From assembly GCA_964016885.1 (NCBI GenBank), contig OZ024743.1, positions 28,520,001 to 28,584,000 on the forward strand: a stretch of 64,000 nt of DNA, written 5' to 3'. The notes beneath the pieces were generated by a model. The model did not search any database. It was not told the origin of the DNA and saw only the letters and a list, made by a program, of their open reading frames with translations. Shown here piece after piece: positions 1 to 14,248 of the stretch (positions within the stretch are counted from its first letter, which is position 1; each line of letters opens with the position of its first letter). The position numbers and the translations under genes were made by a program. This DNA is from Eledone cirrhosa. Lineage: Eukaryota.

Positions 1-42
1 GAATAAAACAATGAAACAGTTCCTTATATTAAACAAAAAAAG

Positions 43-197
43 TTCATTATTTAACGATCGTTTCTAGGATATATATGTGTTAGAATTGGCATGCATATTC
101 AACAGATCTATGTACAAAATTATACAAAATTATACAAACTATCAAAATTAAATATACATACCAAACACATATATATGCGGTCTTCAGAAATAATGAA
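43..197 (-). ncRNA. Type I hammerhead ribozyme with 116-nt stem II insert
   Basis: Minus strand reads UUCAUUAUUU-CUGAAGA-[116 nt hairpin]-GAAA-CGAUCG-UU-AAAUAAUGAA: 10-bp stem I and palindromic stem III. Confidence 0.8.
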
Positions 198-299
198 ATA
201 TATTTATTGATAATAACAACAATTCAAAATTACAGGTCTGTTTGGGAACAGAGTTCAAATTGACCAATGAAAATACAAAAAGTTTATACAGTTAGGTGT

Positions 300-802
300 G
301 TGTATATATATGTAAGTAACTCCGTTCACAGATATGCATAAAGATATATGTTCACATGCATACGCATGCCAAAAAGATGTATGTAAATACAAAAATTCAA
401 GGCTAATGTCTCTGTATGTTTATAATCTACAGATAAAATACGTATACACATATAAATATAAAATAAATATATACACACATTCATATACTCACACATATAC
501 GTACATTCACACACGCACGCGCGTATACGCATAAACATACACACAACCACGAACATACATACACACATACACCCCCACACACATATATATGTGTGTATAT
601 ACTATTATCATAAGCATATGGACATTAATGCGCGCACATAAACACTGCCACACATATTTAGATCCAGATACAGAAAGTAGGTGGGGGGGGGGGGGAGAAG
701 AGGTCAGTATTCACCGGTGTCAACAGACTGCCTATTTATAAATGTATCTATAAACTTAGAAATAAAAAGAAAAGAAAAAGAAAAAAGAAATATATCAAGA
801 AA

Positions 803-859
<57 letters not shown>

Positions 860-912
860 CATACACATATATATAAACAAGTAAAATATAAAATATACAT
901 CGATATACATAC

Positions 913-949
<37 letters not shown>

Positions 950-1254
950 CATGCATATACATACATATACATACACATATACACAAACACATACATACAC
1001 ATACATATACATACATACACCATATAAATACACATACACACACGCATACATATAGAGACACATACATATACACATATAAATACATAGACATATACACATA
1101 TACACACATATATATATATATATACACATACACGCATACATATATATATATACATTCACAACACACGTATATATATATATATACACACATATCTACACAC
1201 ATATATAAACACACTCATGTATATACACACATACACATACATACCCACATATAA

Positions 1255-1285
<31 letters not shown>

Positions 1286-1397
1286 TACATATATATATAT
1301 ATATACACACAATTATATATATATATATACACACACACATACACACACATACACATACACATATATAAAGATATATATACACACATACACACATATA

Positions 1398-1456
<59 letters not shown>

Positions 1457-1745
1457 CACACACATACATATATATACACACACATACATACACACACATA
1501 CATACTCATACATAGACATACATATATACACACACACACATACACACATACATATACGCATATATACATACATACACATCCATGTATGCGTATATACATA
1601 CAAACAAACACCACCACACGCTCACACAACTCAGACATACATAGATAAAGGGATATACATACACATATATACATATATAAATAGAGATACATATACATAT
1701 ATAAATATATACACACGTACACACACAAACACACATACATATACA

Positions 1746-1777
<32 letters not shown>

Positions 1778-1803
1778 CACACACATACACACATATACAT
1801 ATA

Positions 1804-1835
<32 letters not shown>

Positions 1836-1971
1836 CATATATATATATATACATATATACATATATATAAAAAAATAAAGAAATAAGATAAATAAATAAA
1901 TAAATTAATTAATACACACAGTCAGACAAATATGCACACGCATACATATACATATATATATACACATACAC

Positions 1972-2004
<33 letters not shown>

Positions 2005-2048
2005 CACACATACATACATATATATATATACACATACACACATCAACT

Positions 2049-2118
<70 letters not shown>

Positions 2119-2303
2119 TATATATATACACACACTCACATATACATGCGCGCATACGTACACATATACACATACACACATATACACATAGACATATACA
2201 TGTGCATACATATACATACACACATATACCCACATAAATACATAGATACATATATATATACACATATATATACACACATATATATATACACACATATATA
2301 CAC

Positions 2304-2334
<31 letters not shown>

Positions 2335-2450
2335 ATCATACACCCTTATTTACATGCGCACATATGTATTTTTATACTCACATACAAACACCCAAACATA
2401 CATACCTACCTACATATACATACATACATCCACGCTTACAAATACAAATA
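300..2450. repeat. Compound (TA)n/(CA)n/(CATA)n microsatellite field inside the PLE 3' region
   Basis: Direct reading; source of the [12 protein letters not shown] pseudo-ORFs. Confidence 0.95.
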
Positions 2451-2479
2451 ATAATAGTAGGGGGGGAGGGGGGGATTAT

Positions 2480-3020
2480 AGTAAATATAGGTTTCAAGAA
2501 ACATAGAATATTAATCTGCATTTAGATCATAATATGTGTTTACATAGTTTCAGTATTAGGAAATGTAAGAAAGAAGGCAAAATTATGCATTTCAATATAA
2601 GTATACCATTAATTATAGGTTAACTAAACTAAAGATAGTTAATATATTGATTTCTAAGGTGTATACTACTTAGGTTTATAATATTTGAAGCGGAATTTTG
2701 AAGTTAAATAGTAGTAGAGTATTAATTATAGTATAACTAAATTAAAATTATTAACGTTATGGTATCAATATTAGGAAATGAATTTAGTAATAGGGAAAAA
2801 CAAATAAAGTATTACATCGGTAGTAGAATATAAATTATAGGTTAACTAAATTAAAAATTATATATTAATTTCTATAGTATATGTTAATTAGGTTTATAAT
2901 AATTAAAATAGATATTGTATTTTATCTATAGTAGAATATAATTATAGGTAAACAGAAATTAAATTTAAAATTTAAATTAATACATACACATATACATATA
3001 CATATATATATACATATATA

Positions 3021-3054
<34 letters not shown>

Positions 3055-3560
3055 CATATTTTTTCAAAAATTGCAAAGAATATATTAACTAGGTATACAT
3101 CCAAAACCTATCTCAGTCTATGATTACATGACACTCTGCAATCCATCTGTATTAGGATATTAATTTTAAGCCAATTAAATTAAATTTTTAGGTTGACCAA
3201 ATTTAAAACCAAATTATAAATATATTTCTAAAAATGTACATTAATTAGGTCTATAATACTAAAAATTATTTCTCTGTCATTGAATACACGATATTTTGCT
3301 ATATTTTATCTGTAAAGGAATTTAAATAAAAGGTTAAATAAATTAAAATTAATCTATAAATTAATTTACGAAGTATATATTAGTAATATTTAAAAGTTTT
3401 TCACAATTTATGATTACGCAATATTTTATAATCTCATCTGTAGTAGAATTTTAATTAAATTAAATTAATAGGTTAACTAACATTTAAATTAAATTATATA
3501 TTAATTTCTAAAATAATGTTATTAATTATATATTAATTTCTAAAATAATGTTATTAAATG
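2480..3560. repeat. Degenerate AT-rich tandem array (~110-140 bp units) next to the PLE stop codon
   Basis: Recurrent ATAGGTTAACTAAA-like motif at about 2615, 2837, 2945, 3189, 3330, 3468; 32-bp tandem duplication at about 3493-3557. Confidence 0.6.
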
Positions 3561-4863
3561 TTTTTCTTAGTTTATGATTACACGATATAATTAATTCCTG
3601 TCGTTTATTTAATAGGATATCCTTAGATTTCATTATTTCAAATAGTTCTTGGGAACATAATCTACATTCATTTCTATTATTTTGATAAGGGGTGGCTCTT
3701 TTGAGCACACTCCAGGTCAAATCATATTCTATATTCTTATTTTTATAACTATTGATTTTTTCTGCTAGAGATGTTGTATTAGCCAGTGCGGCATTTTTAA
3801 AACTATGTTTGTGGGTATTAAACCTTGCCTTAAAATTGTTAGAAGTAGCTCCTATATATGAGCAAATAGAATCTTTAGTTTTAACATTACATTTATAAAC
3901 TATGTTGTTAACAAGACAATTTCCTTTTAATGGGCAGTTTGCTTTGTTTCTACAGTTACAACCTTTCGTTAATTCTGTATTTGAGGAGATATTATGGTTA
4001 GTTTGATGTATTGGTGGTATACTTATGGTATTCTTACATTTATATGCATTATAGCCACTTATATTTTGTTTTATGTTATTTGTTGTTGAGTATGAGAATT
4101 TAACTGTAGACCTATTTAAGATTTGATGGTATTTGTGGTTTGGCGGGAAGTTTTTCTCTAGGATATAAAAAAATTTTTTAGCAATATTATCCTTAATTTG
4201 TAAATTAAATGGAGCATTATACCAAGTAACCCGTCTATTACGGTTTCTATGTTGTTTATTATTTTTATAGGTTGTATCGTGATGTTTACTAGGAGGATTA
4301 ATGTTAATGATCTCACCACGCACATTTTTAGTTAGATTTGTAGATTTAGGTGTTTTATCTTGTTTATTAGGAGTTTTATTATTAACATTTATTAGAGTTG
4401 TATGATGAGTAGTTTTTTGAGAGTTACTATACTTTATATTAGAAGAGTTGGTATTTTGGGGTATAGTGTGGGTGGCATTTAGGTGTGTACTTTTCATTTG
4501 GTGTTTGTTGGTAATATTAGGTTGTATGTTTATAGTATTTTTAGTAGAAGGTATATATTCTAATCTATTTTTGTGGCCACTTCTATCTAGAGCTTCGTTA
4601 TAGAAGGTCGCATTTTTATCAAATACATCTTGGTTAGAAGAAAGGTTAGAAATTCTAAGTGATATATTATATGCAAGGTTTTTAAGGATAGATTTAGGGT
4701 GATTAGATTGTGAGTGTATGCAGTGTAAGTTTTGGTTGAGTTTATGGTAAGGTTGGTAGATACCCGTAGCTAAGTCTAAAGTTATATCTAGGAAATTTAC
4801 TACTTTACTTGTTTTTTCAAAAGTAATATGAAGACTATAATAGTCTTTAAGGAAAGTTCTAAT
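3526..4863 (-). CDS. PLE polyprotein C-terminal part: RT domain 7/thumb, linker, Cys-rich motif and GIY-YIG endonuclease (5'-truncated, frame open)
   Basis: The frame extends upstream of the listed ATG at 4497 (VVNFLDITLDL...SNHPKSILKNL...RISNLSSN), then WYNAPFN, CNCRNKANCPLKGNCL, IVY...YIGAT...FKARFNTH, CRLC, LLNKRQEL. Confidence 0.9.
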   Translation of the reverse strand: MRTFLKDYYSLHITFEKTSKVVNFLDITLDLATGIYQPYHKLNQNLHCIHSQSNHPKSILKNLAYNISLRISNLSSNQDVFDKNATFYNEALDRSGHKNRLEYIPSTKNTINIQPNITNKHQMKSTHLNATHTIPQNTNSSNIKYSNSQKTTHHTTLINVNNKTPNKQDKTPKSTNLTKNVRGEIININPPSKHHDTTYKNNKQHRNRNRRVTWYNAPFNLQIKDNIAKKFFYILEKNFPPNHKYHQILNRSTVKFSYSTTNNIKQNISGYNAYKCKNTISIPPIHQTNHNISSNTELTKGCNCRNKANCPLKGNCLVNNIVYKCNVKTKDSICSYIGATSNNFKARFNTHKHSFKNAALANTTSLAEKINSYKNKNIEYDLTWSVLKRATPYQNNRNECRLCSQELFEIMKSKDILLNKRQELIISCNHKLRKTFNNIILEINI

Positions 4864-5034
4864 ATGTGTTTGGTATGTATATTTAATTTTGATAGTTTGT
4901 ATAATTTTGTATAATTTTGTACATAGATCTGTTGAATATGCATGCCAATTCTAACACATATATATCCTAGAAACGATCGTTAAATAATGAACTTTTTTTG
5001 TTTAATATAAGGAACTGTTTCATTGTTTTATTCA

Positions 5035-5045
5035 TTATTTTTTTA

Positions 5046-5076
<31 letters not shown>

Positions 5077-5083
5077 GTGTATG

Positions 5084-5142
<59 letters not shown>

Positions 5143-5770
5143 AAGTATGTAAACGTACATACATATATGTATACAGACGTACAGTAGTATGTATATATAT
5201 ATACATACATGCACACATATATATATATGTACGTATGGTTTCACTGAACATTTATTATAATGCTCGGTGTGTTTGTAAACAAACATCCAGAATTAAGCCG
5301 TACAGTGTCTAGCAACCATCGTTGCTCATTTGTTCAACCCTGACAAAGGAATGCTGTACTAGTTTCAAGCTTATTAGCTATCGTCAGCAACGTATACCAT
5401 CCTGCCAGATGATTGAACGTCTGAAAATATATACTTTCCTTATGCATATCAACGGCTGAGTATACGTTGCTGACGATATCTAATAAGCTTGAAACTAGTA
5501 CAGCGTTCCTTTGTCAGGGTTGAACAAATGAGCAACGATGGTTGCTAGACACTGTACGGCTTAATTCGGGATGTTTGTTTACAAACACACCGAGCATTAT
5601 AATAAATGTTCGGTGAATCCATACGTACATATATATATGTGTGCATATATATATATACATACTACTGTACGTCTGTATACATATATGTATGTACGTATAC
5701 ATACTAATATTTAAGTAACGGCCGTACTAAGAGTGAGAAATGAAATTTCGTTTCATTTTTTCCGTTTATA
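5035..5770. mobile_element. Two head-to-head inverted copies of the HHR-bearing retrozyme-like repeat
   Basis: Minus-strand HHR at about 5352-5393 and plus-strand HHR at about 5464-5506 (CTGACGA...GAAACTAGTACAGCG); bodies are reverse complements; (TA)n on both flanks. Confidence 0.85.
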
Positions 5771-5847
5771 TATATGTATATATATGTATATATATATGTA
5801 TATGTAGGAGGTGAATTTTATTGTAGCACAATAAATCAATGCAAATA

Positions 5848-5879
<32 letters not shown>

Positions 5880-5893
5880 CTTGTATATATATA

Positions 5894-7015
<1,122 letters not shown>

Positions 7016-10000
7016 TATATATATTCATTTCCGTAATGTCTAATTATATTTGTCATCGGTGATTGGCAGAAATAAATCATTTGTGAAGCTCAGCCTTTCT
7101 TTACAGTAAGTTTCTTTGTCGATCCTTCTATTTAGTTCTATTTCACGATGCTGGGTTTAGATGGAAATATATCCAGGATGTCTTTTCTAAATTATACGCC
7201 AGATTTATATCTCGTAATATGTGCTGTAATTCAAGCTTTATTTTGATATATTTGAATAGACAAATACTTCTATTGAAAATTCACATAAAATATCTATATC
7301 AAGAGAATATACTGCTACATATTTCATAATATATATTTCACACACATACCCCCTCTCTCTCTCGCTCCCTCTCGCTCTTTCTCTCTCCTTTCTGTGTCTC
7401 CGCCCCGAAATACTTCCCAAAAAGGTTTTAAGTAATAAATTCATATTTAATGAAGTAAGACTTAGATATTCGAAATTTGACATTCGAAATTCCATGCCTA
7501 TCTATAATTCAAACAATTATATGAAAATAGCTTTAAATTTTTCATAAAATGCCAGATCTTTAGAACTTCCAAAGGTTTGTGAAAGTTTATCACTGAATAA
7601 TGTATTTAAGCTATACCAATCTATTGATGTTTTCATTGAATTAATCTATCGCTTTTATCAGTCGTGACAACTTGTGGAAATCGTAGGTACTTCTAAGCAT
7701 TATGGGCTTCACTGCTACCATTAATCCAATTACTAAGTGGTGTTATCATTTTTCTTTGTTCATTTTCTTTGTTTCACTGGTGTTAATTAATGAACCCTTT
7801 GTTCGATCTTTTCTGATGAATTAGATTGTTTAACTCTTTTAGCACTATAGTCATATAGTGAAGAACGTTAGAATGTAATTGTCAAAATTAACTAGAATAA
7901 TTAGCTATCGACCAGAAGTGTCATAAACCATAGGCTTTTGTAAAACAGTACAACAGACGAAAGCAGTTAAACTTCGACTAATTATGCTAATTTACTCGTT
8001 TACTTATGAATGAACATCTGAACGAACGACAAAGGTCTGACTTCTTGGAAGGGTTGTCATCCATCAGAATCATCCAAATTATCAGAACTAGCCAATTTCT
8101 GCGAGATAATTATACAGAAAAAATAGCAAACCAGGATTTTCGTTATCTTGATCCTTTCTGTTATCTTCCGTGTCATTCATTCTCTTATAAAACTCGAAAA
8201 AATCACTAGAATAATAGAAGGAAATAAAACAAAGTCAGGCAGGAAACATTTGTAAACAACGTCTACTGACCTTAAGACATGATTCACAACATTGTTTCGT
8301 TTAGACATCGCTAGCTTATAAAGACGACTGCTGCGTTCTTAAGCCGATATATAGGCAGTGTTATGTTTTGGGCTACGTTATGCAGGCTGATATATCAACC
8401 CTGCAGCACTAAAATGGTTAAATCCTGAAATAGACAGATAATAAGCTGTATGGTGGAAATTGAAAAAGATTTGAATGATTTATTGAGGCACATTGAAATA
8501 TGTCAAGCTAATAAAGTTAATTTGTGATAATTCTACATTGTTATTTTGTGAAAAATGAGTAATTTATTGGTAATGCCGTTAATAGTAATAACGTGGTAGA
8601 ATAGAGTTCAGCCTATAAATTATTTTAGTAGGTTTGCATATATATCAGAAATTCTTCAAAGAAACAGATGGAAGTGGAGGTGATGTATGAAATTTTGCTT
8701 TGACAAAGAACTGTTCTATTTACAATCACTGAAGCATAACCACTTCTATAGCTTACACTCCATGGCAAAATTATCTGCATGTATACATTTCAGATATTGA
8801 ACATTTTAGACTAATTGCCGAGGCTAAGAACGAATCTGGGAATTTGTGATTTAGCTTTCTTTAAAATTAAGTTAAATGATTTGGTGTCTTAGAGAAAATG
8901 AAATCAACTAGAAATTGTATTCCACAGAGAACTGAACTCTCTTCACAAACAGTGAGAGCGTTCAAACATTGGAATTTAGTGCAACTGTTAGATCTCCGGT
9001 ATACATTATATTACGGTATTTTAGTATTTTGTCTCGCCGTGAGATGAGCCTGATAGATAAGATTTAATATCCTGGCGAGTACGTTATTCTGTTAGAATTC
9101 TGCTTTGATCTTTGTTGCTGTTCATTGTTTAAAGACCACCTGTGTAATATTTACGTCAGATCTCTAGAACGTAGTATTTATTATATAGTAGAGCCAGGGC
9201 CCAAGTTTGTCGACCACCTCGTGGTGAGACCTAGAGACTGATCGCTGATCTCTGATTTCAATCAAGTGAACGACAACAACCTGTGAGGAACATATACGCA
9301 AAAGAGAAGATATAGTATAGTCTATTAGGCAATGATTCACATTGCCCTTACAACAAAAGCTAAAACGTATTTCATTGAAAATTGAGCAGCAGTCTACATG
9401 ATTACTCAACCAGCTAAAAATAATTGTAAAATTAGTTAGATGACACTATACCATCTAAAAACGAAATGATCAACTTGAATATACAAATCGATGGATTAAG
9501 TAGAACGGGAACGCTTTTGATAAAAGGTCTGCTCGATTATCATTATCATGGGGCTAAGCAACATCATCTATCCATATAGGAAGTTGAGAAACCGGTATCT
9601 TAAATCCATTTTCATCTCTTAGAGTGAACAAGTTTCCACCTAAGACAATACCGATATTTACTCATAAGAGAAAATAGACATTCATTTTGTAATAAATCAA
9701 TAATTGAGTTATCGCGTAGCAGAACATTAGATATAATTTATGAAAGAAAAATCACTTCTAATGTGCATGATATAAAAGGTGATATCTGAAATATTAAAAG
9801 TGAGAAACCTTAGAATTTCTGATTTTTTCTTTTACTTCTCTTTTCTGTTAGCATCTATGATTGAGAATTCGACATTTGACACACTGAACAAAAAAAATCC
9901 ATTTAGCAAATCTACATTGAAATTGTGTGTTTAATCATAGATGTATTATTTATCCTAACACATTGATACGTGTATATTGTACACATATAAATGTAATCAT

Positions 10001-11459
10001 TGCACATTACAGATAGTTTTAGTGTGTTGGTTAAATATAACAGGTGTAATTGATAGTAGAGGTTAACAGCAAGACAAAAATAATTTGCAGAAGATACGAC
10101 ATTGGTGTAGTGGCGTGAATATGGAAACGATAGAATAAAAGAACTCATAAAATTGGCAGAAAACTATCAACTGTCGAATCAATTTTGAACAGAACTATCT
10201 TAAACTCTCCCGTTCTCAGAGCGACATAATGACACGTCACTACAAGCGATTGATTCTATTATTTCTTTACAATTTAATAAATTATATTTCCGACCTAAGG
10301 TTACATATTTTAGATATAATTTATCCAGATAATGTGCATTGAGAATGCTACACGCAAGTTCTCATAGTATTGATTTTATCTCAAGTCACAAGACCAAGTT
10401 TGTGTGATGTTTTCATTATATCGAACTTAGTATCAACGCATAGTATAGGTGCTCGATTTCCATCCCTGGAACTAAGGAACTATGCAAGATATGTAAGTAC
10501 GACCAGCCGAGATCAGCAAGTCATAATTAGTTATATGAAAATATCTGATCATTGTAGACAACCACAAAAGTGTGATAAATCTGATGTAACAGTGAGTAAA
10601 ATTTGGTATCGTGGACAATCATACAGAGAAATATATGATAATTCATAGCGGTTCGGTTAGTTGCATCTTATAGTTTTAGGAAAAATAAGATAAATTCTAA
10701 AAATTCATTTTAGTCACTCTATAATTGTTTCAAATGTATTTCACACAGCTATATAATAAACGTAAAGTTTATCGTTTAGCTTGAAACAAGGTCCCTATTT
10801 CTCAGCGATCATCAGAAAATTTGAGACAGAGAATGACAAATACTTCAAAATATTCCTCAAAGATTCTTTATACCCGGATATCCTAAATTCAGGAAACGGG
10901 AAGAATTTATAAAGAGATGTAGAGAGAATAAACGCTCTAGAGAAGTAGAAGTAGGAAAAAAAGAAACACGGAGAGTAGAATGGGAAATAGAGAATGTTTA
11001 CTTTAAAAATGTTCGAAGGGAAATGAGAGGAAAACAAACAGGGTATTGAGGAAGAGGTAACATCGGTGTTTCTGCCTAGTTTTCCGCACTCCTGAATTCT
11101 CTTTATTTCTGCTCATTTCTCTGTCCACTCCCACACGCAAAACCATCTATCTCAGATGACACCAGATCTACCTATCATGGGGACTGCTGATCTTCCATAA
11201 AAACACCTTGCTTTCACCGCATAGGATTTCATATTAATAAAACATATCCTTTACGGAATTGATAAAATTACAAATAGTTCATTTCGTAACTGTATACATA
11301 CAAGTATGTGAATTTCGTATATCTAATATATATATTTGTATACATACTTACTATATATATATATAAGCAAAAGGGATATTTAATTTGTTGGTAATTCAAC
11401 AAATATAAATGTTTAGAACTGATTCGAAGCACTCGACAAATTGTTTGGAGTATAATATT

Positions 11460-11792
11460 CAATGATATTAAATAAATAGAAACTATATTTATAAAACCAT
11501 ATTTATTCTATTATATATATTTCAAGGGTACCAAAACTCTGGAACGCTCTCATCAGATAAAATACAAAGTTTGTTTTATAAATATTGACATATCAGGAAG
11601 AAGATCTTAACGGTTTAAGTTTTTCCAGGAAAAACTTGAATCGTTAAGAACTTCCTGGATATGTCAATATTTATAAAACAAACTTTGTATTTTATCTGAT
11701 GAGAGCGTACCAAAGTTTTGGTACCCTTGAAATATATATAATAGAATAAATATGGTTTTATATATATAGTTTCCATTTATTTAATATCATTG
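11460..11792. repeat. ~330-bp near-perfect palindrome with an HHR in each arm (inverted solo pLTR pair)
   Basis: Centre AAGTTTTTCC-A-GGAAAAACTT near 11627; plus-strand HHR TATTTTAT-CTGATGA-...-GAAA-TATATA-TA-ATAGAATA at about 11688-11748, mirror copy at about 11505-11565. Confidence 0.85.
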
Positions 11793-12750
11793 TATATATA
11801 TATATATACACTCATTATATATTAGATCTCTAACTGTATGTATACGTATTCTTGATCTACCTATTGTACATGTAAATACATTAACCCTGGCCGGGTGTAT
11901 TGTTCCTGTGTAACGATTATTGGATTGTGAATGTTGATATCCAATTGACCTAAAGCTGTTTTATGTACAACAACACCGATATCAGATACCATGAAAAGAT
12001 TATAAGTTTGAAATTATACAATGGTTTAAATTAATTTTTTTTTTCAAACTTAACATTTAAATTTCAATTATTCTGGTTCAACATTTTTTAATGTATTTAT
12101 TCCAGTAAGTTTTGTTGTGTTGAAATTGCTACCGGCCTTTAAATTGTATCTGAAATTTAACATTTAAACTTCAATTCTTCTGGTTCAATATCTAAAAAGG
12201 CATTTTTAATTCAGTAGGCTTCATATGCTAAAACTGCTAGAGGTGGTTGAAGTGTAAATTTATGTTTAACACTAATTATGTAATGCATAAAACAATTTCA
12301 AACGAATCAATTCCACTTTGTAAATTTTCGCTTGAACTTGTCGATCACATATAACCCCGACATCTGTAGAGCAGTCATGGTTACCTCAATAGATGATATA
12401 TATATACAACCCCACTACCACATATGTTTTGTTAACGATTTTCCAGAAAGGTGGAAACGAAAATCTAATTGAAATGTTTTAAATATTTAAAGATTGAGAT
12501 AAATATATATAGTGAAACAAATTAGTTCAGGCCACTGCCAAGGGTATGAATAAATTATTGGAGTAAGTCTTTCTAACCTATCTAAGAAGGATCGAGATAA
12601 ATAAACAATAAAATATTGTAAATTGAAAGAAAATTGTAATGAGATACAGGTTGAATTCCACCATACACACACACATACATACATACGCGCACACATACAC
12701 ACACACACACATACAAACACATACACACACATACATACATACAAACACAG

Positions 12751-12826
<76 letters not shown>

Positions 12827-12827
12827 G

Positions 12828-12872
<45 letters not shown>

Positions 12873-12902
12873 CTTATCCAGTAACCATACAGCTCCCTGT
12901 TT

Positions 12903-12937
<35 letters not shown>

Positions 12938-12974
12938 AGTGTAAGTTTCTACACAAAACGAAGGTTATAGAGAA

Positions 12975-13056
12975 AATTGAGGTTGGTAATGGCACATGGA
13001 ATATATAGGTGTAAGTGCACTTACACCTATATATTCCATGTGCCATTACCAACCTC

Positions 13057-13060
<4 letters not shown>
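12975..13060. repeat. Perfect 86-bp palindrome between (TA)n and (CT)n/(TA)n tracts
   Basis: AATTGAGG...GTGCAC...CCTCAATT with no spacer. Confidence 0.95.
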
Positions 13061-13155
<95 letters not shown>

Positions 13156-13415
13156 TTCTCCTACAGCAAACATGCGTACATAAATAGCCAATCTGTGTGA
13201 CCCACACACCTCGCACACTTCACTAATTTCTCCGAAGATTGATAAAGATTAATAGTTTGACATGACTTTCGATTCTTATTAAGGGCTCTCATTGAAAACT
13301 TACAATCTACATTGCTTTCAATCGCCAGGGGAATACGTGATTAAAATATTTATATACCTATTATATCTGTTGATTTGAAAAAAGTTAGGTTCATGATGGT
13401 AGCTACACTCAGAAA

Positions 13416-13775
13416 AGTAAAGACGTATAATGAAGTGTAAGTTAAGACAAGAGACCAGTCAGTAAAGATGTATAATAAAGTGTAAGTTAAGACAAGAGAC
13501 CAGTCAGTAAAGGTGTATAATGAGGTGTAAGTTAAGACAAGAGACCAGTCAGTAAAGACGTATAATAAAGTGTAAGTTAAGACAAGAGACCAGTCAATAA
13601 AGACGTAGAATGAAGTTTAGTTAAGACAATAGACCAGTCAATTAAGACGTATAATGAAGTGTAAGTTAAGACAAGAGACCAGTCAGTAAAGGTGTATAAT
13701 GACGTGTAAGTTAAGACAACAGACCAGTCAGTAAAGACGTATAATGAAGTGTAAGTTAAGACAACAGACAGGTCA
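13416..13775. repeat. 45-bp minisatellite, about 8 copies
   Basis: Unit AGTAAAGACGTATAATGAAGTGTAAGTTAAGACAAGAGACCAGTC; GTTAAGACAA recurs at 13441, 13486 and onward. Confidence 0.95.
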
Positions 13776-14113
13776 ATGATATTGGAAAATGTGTCTATAC
13801 AGAGTATCTATTGTTAAAGGTAGGTAGAGACAGAAACATGTGGATTAGTAGGTGGAGTATTGGGACATAAAGAGGTGAGAAAGTTACCTTGAATGGAAAG
13901 AGGAAGGGGAAAATACGCCTTCTACGTGGAACCATATATTATCAGTGCGTTAACATTATTTTTTTTTCATTGCTATACTGTACTCCATAATATTTTTACA
14001 GATTTTCAGCAAATAATCCATATGTAATCTCCTTGAATTTAAGTAAAATATCATCAAGGACATAAACGGAGGGATCAGCAGGGATGCCTCCAATAATACG
14101 TTATGATTTCATC

Positions 14114-14248
14114 AACAGTTACGTACACTTTATTCGAAGATACTACTTTTAAACCAACAGTCACGTAAACTGTATACGAAGATATTACTTTTAAACCCAC
14201 AGTTACGTAAACTGTATACGATGATACTACTTTTAAACCAACTGTTAC
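14114..14248. repeat. 42-bp tandem repeat, about 3 copies
   Basis: AACAGTTACGTAAACTGTATACGAAGATACTACTTTTAAACC-like unit at 14114, 14156, 14198. Confidence 0.85.

Larger units (their letters stand above)
1..5033 (-). mobile_element. 5'-truncated Penelope-like element (Naiad-type) with long 3' UTR and an inverted copy of its 3' end at the 5' junction
   Basis: RT-thumb plus GIY-YIG frame at 4863-3526; HHR near the 3' end (43-197); 4862-5033 is the reverse complement of 1-172. The 3' end probably runs past the window start. Confidence 0.88.

Noticed and set aside
326-2451. Many overlapping ORFs rich in YI/CV/HT (also near 12.5, 22.7, 30.6 and 53 kb)
   Set aside because: Translations of dinucleotide and tetranucleotide microsatellites that lack stop codons.
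4862-5033. Second HHR in the inverted pLTR copy, or DNA-transposon TIRs
   Set aside because: Lacks the CUGAAGA box; the enclosed ORF is RT/GIY-YIG, not a transposase.
8330-8800. Tc1-like transposase fossil (GSVMFWA at about 8354)
   Set aside because: Only one short motif; no supporting DDE residues or TIRs could be read.
13416-13775. CRISPR-like periodicity
   Set aside because: Units are contiguous with no unique spacers, there are no cas genes, and the context is eukaryotic.
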